A stretch of DNA of 64,000 nucleotides, from positions 134,855 to 198,854 of the forward strand of contig NMRA01000592.1 in assembly GCA_002633005.1 (NCBI GenBank), written 5' to 3'. Each line of letters starts with the position of its first letter. Within the stretch, counting starts at the first letter, position 1. Source of the stretch: Phoronis australis (lineage: Eukaryota > Animalia > Phoronida). This document shows positions 1 to 9,218 of this stretch, piece after piece. The notes beneath the pieces are model-generated. The model made no database searches and was not told the origin of the DNA. It saw only the letters and a list, made by a program, of their open reading frames with translations. Made by a program: the position numbers and the translations under genes.

Positions 1-3000
1 TTGCAAGTGTGTACACAAAAGTACAGGGGAAAGGTTCCTTTCATGGTTACCTGGCTTGGCCTTGGACCTCTCTATAGAATACTTGGCGTGGGGCCAAGCG
101 ACATCAATTTCAGGTTGCAGACAAATGCCACATACATGTTCGCTTTTCTGCCACTCAGAGCAAAATCTAGGGAAAGTCTAGCATATATGGTAGTACAAAA
201 ACTCAACGAACAAGATTACATGAAAGAAGACGAAGTGGTTGCAGCAGAATCGGTAGAAGATCTGTATGATTTGAATTTGGAACAACGATGGCGTTTATAC
301 CGATCCTGGAGAAACAAGTTATTTAATATACTGTCCTCGTGTTCTCTCAGCAGGGATGGATTTTGGGCGGAGCACACGGAGACGACAATAAAATTGGAGT
401 GTTTGTTCTCAGGAATCATTCATGAGAGATATCTTGGGGAAATTACAACATTTTGGATGAAAGGCAACTATCTACACTACAATACCGAGAAAAACGAGTC
501 CGAATTGCTTCATTGGTTATGTCTTACTGAGGCATGCCCATGTATGCACAACGAAAACAAGCCCACTGCGAGTTTCATACGACATGCCAACAGTATCAAC
601 ATAGAAGATGCTTCTACTAGGCGTATTGAACAACAAGAGTACACAGGGGAAGAGCGGCAGACGTTTAAGATAGGACGTCGTAAGGGTGAAAGTTTGGAGA
701 AACTAGAAGAAATCCAAATCCAAGCAGACGATATTATGACGCCTGAAGAGGTTCAGAATGTCACAAACGTATGGCTTCTTCCCGTCAATCAAAGATGGCG
801 ACTGTATCGGCATTGGAAGCAAAGTTTCACGGACCAGCTTCAAAATGAGCTTGACGAGTGTAAAAGAGATTACAGCTATGCCTGTCAAGCAAAAAATGAG
901 TGTGATAGTCTAGCGGACGTGGGCACAATGCAACGTTCTGCTGTCCTAGGAATGACCACTAACTGTGCTGCAAAATACAGAGCCGCACTTGAGCGAGTCA
1001 AGCCAAGAATTGTTATTGTAGAGGAAGCAGCCGAAGTACTTGAAGCACACATAGTAACAACTCTCAGTGAAAATAGTCAGCAGCTTATTCTTATCGGTGA
1101 CCACAAACAGTTGCGACCAAACCCAAATGTTTACGACCTGGCAAAAAAATACAATCTTGAGATTTCACTGTTTGAGAGGATGATTAACAATGGCATTGTC
1201 TTCAACTGTCTGAACGTGCAGCATCGAATGCGACCGGAGATTGCTTCTCTCATGGAACCTATTTATCCAGGCCTTAGAAATCATGGAGTGGTTTACTCCT
1301 ATGAAGATATCAAAGGTATTTCATGTAACGTATACTTCATTGATCATACTGAACCAGAGACCGATGATGAAGAACTCGTGAGCAAATCTAATGAACATGA
1401 AGCTACATTTATTGCATCTTTGTGTAAATACTTACTTCAGCAAGGCTACAGGGGAGAGCAGATAACCATTTTGACCATGTACACTGGCCAGTTATTGCGA
1501 ATCAAGAGAGCAATGAAACAGTTGGAAACCACTTCTCGTTTTGCAGTACGTATTTCAGCAGTTGACAACTTTCAAGGCGAAGAAAATGACATCGTACTCC
1601 TTTCTTTAGTACGAAGCAACAACGACGGAAAGATTGGTTTTCTGAAAAGCCACAACCGCATTACTGTTGCGTTGTCTCGGGCAAAAAAAGGCTTGTACGT
1701 AATTGGAAACTTCTCTCTTCTCGCGACGTCTGACAGGTTTTGGAATGCAACTGTCGAGAAAATGAAAACAAATGGAAAACTTGGAAAGTCACTGCTGCTT
1801 TGTTGTCAAAACCATTCAGAAAATACTATACAGGTATCTACAGCAGAAGATTTCAGAAATTGTCCGGAAGGAGGATGTTTGGAGCCTTGTGATACAAAAT
1901 TATCGTGTGGACACAGGTGTCCACTGTTTTGTCACGTTTACGATCAGGAACACAACATGGTTACTTGCGAAAAGCGTTGTGATGCTGTACTTTGTAGTGA
2001 CGGACATCAGTGCCCAGAAATTTGCCACGACGGATCTTCGTGTGGAAAGTGCAATTTTCGTCTTGAGAAGACAATTCCTCAATGCGGTCATAAGATAAAG
2101 ATGCTATGTCACCTTCCTCCCGAAAACGTTCCTTGTCCTGTTACATGTGAAAAGGTGTTACCCTCATGCGGACATTTGAAAGAGATGCCCTGTTCTTCCG
2201 ATGCTGCTGTTGCTGTATGTGAGAAAGAGGTTGAAAAATGCATTCCTTTATGCGGCCACATTCAAAAGATGAAATGTACTGACATGCCAGAAAACATACA
2301 ATGTCGTCAAAGTTGCAACAGGCTGTGCAAAATGGGCCACAAATGCTCAAAAATGTGCTACGAAGAGTGCGGCAATTGCACTGCTCTAGTTGACAAGACG
2401 ATGCCGAATTGTGGACATGTCCAATCAATAGCATGCTTTAAGGATCCCGCTGATGTAATATGCGAAGCTCCATGCAGCAAGTGCTGCCCGCTGGCCGGTC
2501 ACCGTTGCCAGCAGCTTTGCTACGAGCCGTGCAAGCCTTGTGAAGTTCGGGTAGAGAAGGTAATTACTCTGTGTGGTCATACGCAAGGAATGAAATGTCA
2601 CGAAGACCCTAAATCAATCAAGTGCAAGAATGTATGTGGCAAAATTAGGCCTGCATGTGGTCATAAGTGCTTGAAACAGTGTAACAAAAAGTGTGGCAAA
2701 TGTTCGGTAAAAGTACAAAAAAAGATGTCGTCGTGTAACCACACTGTAGAGGTGAAATGCTCGAACTTACAAAACCCCACTTTTTGTAAAGAACCGTGCG
2801 AAAGAAGGCTTAAATGCGGCCACGTGTGTGCAAGGCTCTGTTCCGATGAGTGTGATCAGATATGCCAAGTGGAAGTTGACAAGACGATTCCTACATGTGG
2901 ACACAGTGTGAAAGCTACTTGTTCTCTACCAGCGGAGTCCAAATTATGCCAAAAACCTTGCACGCATTGTGCTCACAAGTGTAGTCTCGTTTGCGGTAAC

Positions 3001-3127
3001 AGATGTCAAATTAACTGCTGCGAAATCCTTCATTGCGAACTTGAATGCGGCCATTCGTCAAAGGTGGAGTGTAGACAGACTATTAAAACACAAGAAGGGG
3101 GCGCCCTGAAATGCCTAGAATGTTCTG
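1..3127 (+). CDS. ZNFX1: ZNFX1-like NFX1-type zinc finger-containing SF1 RNA helicase, large internal exon (5' end outside window)
   Basis: SF1/UPF1-like motifs in ZNFX1 form: GMTTNCAAKYR, IVIVEEAAEVLEAHI, LIGDHKQLRP, SLFERM, LNVQHRMRPEI, VDNFQGEENDIVLLSLVRSN, NRITVALSRAK. About 15 Cys/His NF-X1-like units follow from 1861. Donor TCTG|GTAAGG at 3128 falls where the Cys-rich sequence ends, so ORF 3128-3318 is probably intron read-through. Confidence 0.93.
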
Positions 3128-3318
3128 GTAAGGCGATTTGTTACATTTTACATGGGTACTATTTCGGTGATATTGCTGTTGCATTGTTAGAAATTTGCAC
3201 GCTAGATGAAAGCATTATTTATACAATGACTGTTGCGACTACAATTTCTGAGGTTTTGAAGAGGGTCCGTCATTGTTTTAAGCGTTGTGACTATAACGCC
3301 GAATTTACAACTTGTTAA

Positions 3319-4683
3319 GGATATCTCAAACCTTATTCACAAAAATTGGCCATGTTACAACTTTATTTCACGTGTGTCTAGCATAATACCTTATCCTCAT
3401 TCTCGAGGAAGTTCAAATACAAAATGTATTCGTGGCGAGAAAAAAATGATTTAGCAGAACCACCTTGGAACCGCACAACAGCGTCAATATTTGTTTACTA
3501 CTTATCCGAGGTCAAAGGTTAAAGGGCTTTACAATCAAATCGAATCTCCCGCCAGGTATAGCAGCTTCGTATACCCTCGGCCTTTCATTCACAAAGTCGC
3601 CATATCATTGAGTCAAGGAGGTGCACTTATGATAGAATGGTGCCAGGGAAAACAAAAACAAAACGTAGTTTGGACCATAAGAGAGCTGTGCGTCTACATG
3701 CATACGACCGTTGGCGTTGAAAACGAACTACCAGTCGCCTCAGGCGTCTGTGTTCATAAACACAGCAAGTTGTGAAGAGATAGAGCCTCACCCTAATTCC
3801 TTAATTCGATTAATAAAAAACATTTCGGTGTTTAGATCTAATGCTAACGACATGCTTTAACCACCGATTCGATTTTTGTTATTCATTTCTTACTTGGTTC
3901 TTTATCAGTCTCCTACCACGTGACGTGCACAGGCTAAGTGTTTAACAATAAACTGTGACCTACTTTTAAAAAGTAGGTCGCAAACAATAGTAAGAGTTGG
4001 CTGGGAACGGTACGTTTTAATGAGAATTAAGTTAACTACGCACTGCAAAATCAATTGACATTGCGAGTGAATGTTGAAATAGCTAACATAATTAAGGCTT
4101 GTATAGGTTATGTGTACCGAAAACAAGTTTTCACCGAATAATAAACCGAAGACTTTGAGATTTTCACTCGTCCCAGTTAAATCGAAGTTATCGGCTTTGG
4201 CAAATCGACTTCATCTGAAGTTAGGAACGGCTCGGTGGATTTCACTGAAACTTTCAAAACTTAATATTTAGTTATCAAGCTCAAAAAAGCTTCTAGGTCT
4301 AGCTTTGGCACATTGTGTCAAAGACGAATGCGACTTCAATTATTTACAAAAACACCTGACGTTTTGCGAGTTGATTTGTCATAGAAACCAAACGAAAATT
4401 CCCAACAGCTTTTTTGTGATAACTGGTGAAGATTTCGTTTAAAAAAGGTCTCATTAAAATCGACCGAGGTGTTATTTTGCTATGAATGTACCTTTCTTAA
4501 AAATGAAATTTTGACCTAAAAGGCTTTCATGTAAGAATAATAATGGTACATAAATACAAAAAGTATTTTTATATTTCTTAGTCTTTTTTCTTTTATTAAA
4601 TATATACTTTTACTAGTTCACAAAGCTTAGTTTTTTGATATACGGAGTAGAATGGAGGCCACTAAATAAGGTTTGAGATAACC
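3319..4683. mobile_element. Non-autonomous DNA transposon with TTAA target duplication (Kolobok-like)
   Basis: TIRs ggatatctcaaaccttatt (from 3319) and aataaggtttgagataacc (to 4683), 18/19 match. TTAA at 3315-3318 and 4684-4687. GG termini, no transposase ORF. Confidence 0.85.
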
Positions 4684-5177
4684 TTAATGGGTCATATATT
4701 TAACTATCTGTAATTAAAACAAGTTGGCCACGAGTTGCAACAATGTCGTTCGAATCACAGAAATCCTCGTTGTGAACAACACGTTATAGGCATTCACAAG
4801 CATTGTAGTTTATCCATAAATACAATAATGGTGAGTTGAAAGGATACTAAACTTTGTTTTGACGTTTACACCCAAGTCTCGTTCTGCCACTTGTTAATGT
4901 ATCATTGGCGTTCCTTTTGAAAAAAAATCAGGATTCAGTAAAAAACATGCCCTCTTACGTCCCAGATAGGAATTTACGGTTCTTGAAAGGTGGCTTTTCC
5001 TATAGTTGTCGCGTAACTTGCTAAATTGCTAAAGCGTAGGTCACGTTAGCCCTCTTATCAGACTTTGTAATGAACTTTTAAATTTGGCTCGAGAAATTCC
5101 AGGGTTGTCGAGAGTTACAGAGATTATCCTGCTTCAGAGAAGTGAACAGGAAATTTATTTTTAATATTTTTTAATAG

Positions 5178-5398
5178 GTCAAAATCGGGTTTGGTATACT
5201 TTGAAGCTTAGTAAACAGTGTTCTGGTGCTACGGTAAAGCTTTCTAATTGCATTGACCTTTTCGATCTTTTGTTAAAAGGTAAAACGAGAAAGATAACAG
5301 ATGTGACTTTGGCAAAAGAAGTTTATACGCCGACAGCTACAACATCCAGGGCTGCCAAACGAAGATCCAAACGGAAATTTAAAACGAAGCGGTCATGA
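5178..5398 (+). CDS. ZNFX1: Probable terminal exon of the ZNFX1-like gene (basic C-terminal tail)
   Basis: Acceptor ttttttaatag|GT at 5178 is phase 1, matching the phase-1 donor at 3128. Open to TGA at 5396-5398, encoding GQNRVWYTLKL...RAAKRRSKRKFKTKRS*. Confidence 0.6.
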
Positions 5399-6047
5399 AG
5401 AGACCAGGAACATTACAGTCGCGGGCACAATTATGGTATGCCCAAGTAACGTACAGCATATACGCTGATGATTCGTCAATGTTTATCAGCTTCGAACAGA
5501 ACTTTCAGAAATGCAAGCTATAACCTGATTTTGCTAATGCATTGCTGGCCAGCTCAAGGTCTAAAGCTCTGTTAAGTTTCTTCAATTTGATGTTTTTTTA
5601 GTTTTCTTCTGTGCATTTGGACTTATCTTTGATTTAAAAGGCAGTAAAAGTGTGTTCAGTGTCTACTGCAGTATGGAGTGACGAACATTGGCTCTATGTG
5701 GACATGCGGTCTGAGTCAGTGCGTGGGCGCTTATTAGTGTTGCCGCTATGTATCAAAGTTCCCAGATTCTCTGATGACTAGTGATAGAGCTGGTTCGGAA
5801 CAATCGCTTGTGAAGTGAGGCATCCAGGCTACGAGTCAAGATATTTATGTAATGAAACTCCACTTTTGTACACAATATGTCGGCCCACTGTTCGTGAATG
5901 ACAAAGCTGTAGAACACAACGATCTTCCAGTTGTTGCGACATTTTTATGGAAACATATCGTACAGTATGCTTGTGTTTATAGCGGCTATATAGACGTCCC
6001 CAATATAAACATGCCGCCTTATCTTGTGTTTATTATCTGTGCCTCTG

Positions 6048-6125
6048 TCAGGGGCGGATCCAGGATTTCGAGTAAGGGGGGAGGGGGGGCATGACAGAGT
6101 ATTGCTCAGGATTTTGCCCTTCAGA
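6048..6125. mobile_element. Left end of a GGCGGATC-type MITE, running into the gap
   Basis: caggggcggatccagg plus G-run, the same terminus as the element at 14920. Confidence 0.55.
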
Positions 6126-6464
6126 NNNNNNNNNNNNNNNNNNNNNNNNNNNNNNNNNNNNNNNNNNNNNNNNNNNNNNNNNNNNNNNNNNNNNNNNNNN
6201 NNNNNNNNNNNNNNNNNNNNNNNNNNNNNNNNNNNNNNNNNNNNNNNNNNNNNNNNNNNNNNNNNNNNNNNNNNNNNNNNNNNNNNNNNNNNNNNNNNNN
6301 NNNNNNNNNNNNNNNNNNNNNNNNNNNNNNNNNNNNNNNNNNNNNNNNNNNNNNNNNNNNNNNNNNNNNNNNNNNNNNNNNNNNNNNNNNNNNNNNNNNN
6401 NNNNNNNNNNNNNNNNNNNNNNNNNNNNNNNNNNNNNNNNNNNNNNNNNNNNNNNNNNNNNNNN
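6126..6464. other. Assembly gap
   Basis: Run of N. Confidence 1.
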
Positions 6465-7282
6465 CACCACAAAACAGGACCGCCGGGGACTGAGTAGTTA
6501 AGGCCTTTGTGTGATACTGCGGGTTATGACGTAACCGGTCAGATAGCTGTGTAAAGACTATCGCCAAAATAAAGCTTGACAGCCTTGCGTTATTGAGCTC
6601 CGTTACATCCCCGACATTGCCCACAGCCCGGGTAGTTCTGCTCGTCACCTCGTCGTGGAACTTACATCAACATGTAGTAGAGCGCGCGACCGATGCAGGC
6701 GCATGCAAAATCTAGGCGTCAACCAACACTCACCTAGCAGTTTGCAACCGCTTGAGTGAAAAACAATCTAATGAACTGTTGTAATAATAAGTGACATGTG
6801 CACGCGCCATTTCCTCAGAAAAATTTTGAATTGGTGCTTTTATGAGGCTGTCTCATGAGGTACACGCTAGTGCGTATTCTCCGTAGGGGTGTTTGTTACA
6901 GATAATCAGACGACTGGCTTTGTACCAGTTTGCATGGAAATAAAAAGTATTCAGTTTAAATTTAATTTTGAAAATGTTTTCATTAGCCAAAATTGTATTT
7001 TGCGCGTTTTTTAGCCCCGACATAGTAACATACGCGTGATCACCTGCCTAAATATATTAGTTATTGGGCTATAGCATTTTAACCAATCATAACTACAGTG
7101 TTGCACAATGACTGGGTGAAAATGCATGCAGTTTCGTGTAACTAGGTAAAATGGTAGGGGTAAAAATGATATTGTTTCGCCAGCACTTAAATTGTTTGTT
7201 AGAGGAAAACTCAGCAGTTTTGCGGTAAGTCAAACTTCCAGCAATGCTTCAGCAAAAGTGACACTTCATACCGGGGTATAAT

Positions 7283-7734
7283 AATCCGTTCACAAATTAG
7301 CTAAAACGCCACCATTTTCGCAAGAGCTTCGTTAGTAAGAAAAACGCTAATCACGTGAACGGTTCCACTTTTGCTAGCGCTACTATGCTGGCAGTTGTAC
7401 TCCAAAACTACCAGCGTTTTTATAGCCAGACAATTAATGAAAAGACACGCATGCGTAGGGGTTATAGGCCTTTGTTTACCGTCATGTTAATCAATTGATG
7501 ACAGAGAGTGAACGATCTAGGTTTGACATCAAATTTCGATTCGGTTGGTTAAGAAACAAATTGCTGAAAATGACCCTTTCTCAGATAGCTCGTTAGTCTT
7601 AGCCAGCGAAACTGTCAACGTTTTCGCCGCTCATGTGTGTTAACCTAGCATTGTAATCGTTCACATGACGACTTCGCTACAATTGGAATTGCTAGCGAAA
7701 ACGTTAGCATTTTAGCCAGCTCGTGAACGGGGTC
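7283..7734. mobile_element. Degenerate MITE with CCGTTCAC terminal inverted repeats (Harbinger-like)
   Basis: Left ccgttcacaaattagctaaaacgc, right gcattttagccagctcgtgaacgg. Internal gctagc/gtgaacg sub-repeats. Confidence 0.55.
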
Positions 7735-8240
7735 AGTACTACCATGGAACTGTAGTCAATCTGCAGAATGCCACAAATGGAGAGATGCATCATTTACACA
7801 GTCTCTCGTGATCGTACCCAAAATTGCTACCAGAAGAGACGAATTCATCAACTTGTAGTACAGAATAAAACTTTGTGACTAAACAGTCTTCACGTGTGCT
7901 GCTCGTAAGACGCAATGTTGGCCCTGAGCTCAGATATTACTCTGTCTTGAGCCCTGAGGCACCTCTTAAAGGTAATTTCACATTTTTAAACCTTTACCAT
8001 TTCAATTAAGAGCAAAAAACGGCGAGTGAACGTGGTGGCGCCACGAAAGGCGTGATGCTGCAGAGACGGTCCCAGGGAGAAGGGCAGCAAAAACGAGCGG
8101 CGGGAGGCACACAAACCTAAAGACGAGAATCGGAGCTAAGCGGGATAGAATAATTAGAAAATATACTGAACTTTAAATGCTGTTCGCAAGTCGTAGAAGT
8201 CTCGTCAAGTGCTGTGATATTTTGCGACGATCACTTTTAA

Positions 8241-8952
8241 AGAGGCATGGAACGCGCAAGTGCCATCTCGTAATGTCTGCTACAGAGTTATTCACATTCC
8301 CCTGACACAGAATTTTCAGAAAATCACATAATTATCGACTTTTGAAATACGCGCGAAGAAAAAACTGTAGTCACCAGTTTCTAATCTTCCTCCCAATGCG
8401 CGCGTGCACTCAGTCATTGGACAAAAAGCTGACTTACAAGATGGCTGTTAAGGGCATATCATATGTGACTGCAATCCGAATCTGAAGTTGACAGCACAGT
8501 ATGAGACAAGCCACTGAGTGAAGCAAACAGTTTCCCGAAAAGAATTCCAAATGCATTAGAATTCATTTGAATACTACAATACCTTCATAACTAATTTTGA
8601 ACAGTTTAGACTCACATCAACTGCCTCTTAATCCAACTGGCTGCTGCTTGAAGTCGCAGTCGTTTTGTTTACATCAAAGGTCACATTTTCCACATAAGGG
8701 TAATGTGTCAAGTCTATGTCTTCCATACCAATAACATGTGCTTCGCCTTGTGGGAGGAAAATCGGCGAAGTAACGAGCAGTTGACAGCTGAAATTTGAAA
8801 CTAAAAGAAAAACGCTTAGTCATCACTAGAAATTCAAAAATTTTAGGAACAAATGAAAAAAAATTGCTGAACAGGATGAATTCCGTTTCAGTGGCAGGGA
8901 TTCACTCTGAATTATGCCATTTAGTGTTTTGTTTTTCGCGTCCCAAGCCTCT
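8241..8952. mobile_element. MITE family A copy 1, TTAA TSD (Kolobok-like)
   Basis: TIRs agaggcatggaacgcg and cgcgtcccaagcctct (14/16). TTAA at 8237-8240 and 8953-8956. Internal sequence shared with 12941-13469. Confidence 0.85.
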
Positions 8953-9154
8953 TTAAATAGGCCACTGTCATTTGAGTGGCCCTTCGTACTTTTCGGGAAC
9001 TGCTTCGTTTTTTTGCACAGAGCATGTGCTCGTTTCCTGAAAAAATTGTAAAAACGAAATGCCTGGACAACTGCCTTGGTGTACTGGGAAACTATAAACG
9101 CACATAAAATGTTTGAAACGGTCACAAACAAACGCTATATTAAGTTTGTAAGAT

Positions 9155-9218
9155 TCAAAAGATTCCATCGAAAATCCCACTAAACATACTCTCCGCTTCG
9201 TTCAGGTCATCTTGTTTT
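9155..9218 (-). CDS. HFM1: HFM1 last coding exon
   Basis: ttttttcag acceptor, phase 2; [20 protein letters not shown] with TGA at 9157-9155. Confidence 0.85.

Noticed and set aside
3128-3318. C-terminal 63 codons of ORF 1..3318 as protein
   Set aside because: They follow a strong GTAAGG donor, lose the Cys-repeat pattern and end in a transposon TSD; probably intron.
5945-6648. Long ORFs spanning the first gap
   Set aside because: Artefacts of translating N runs.
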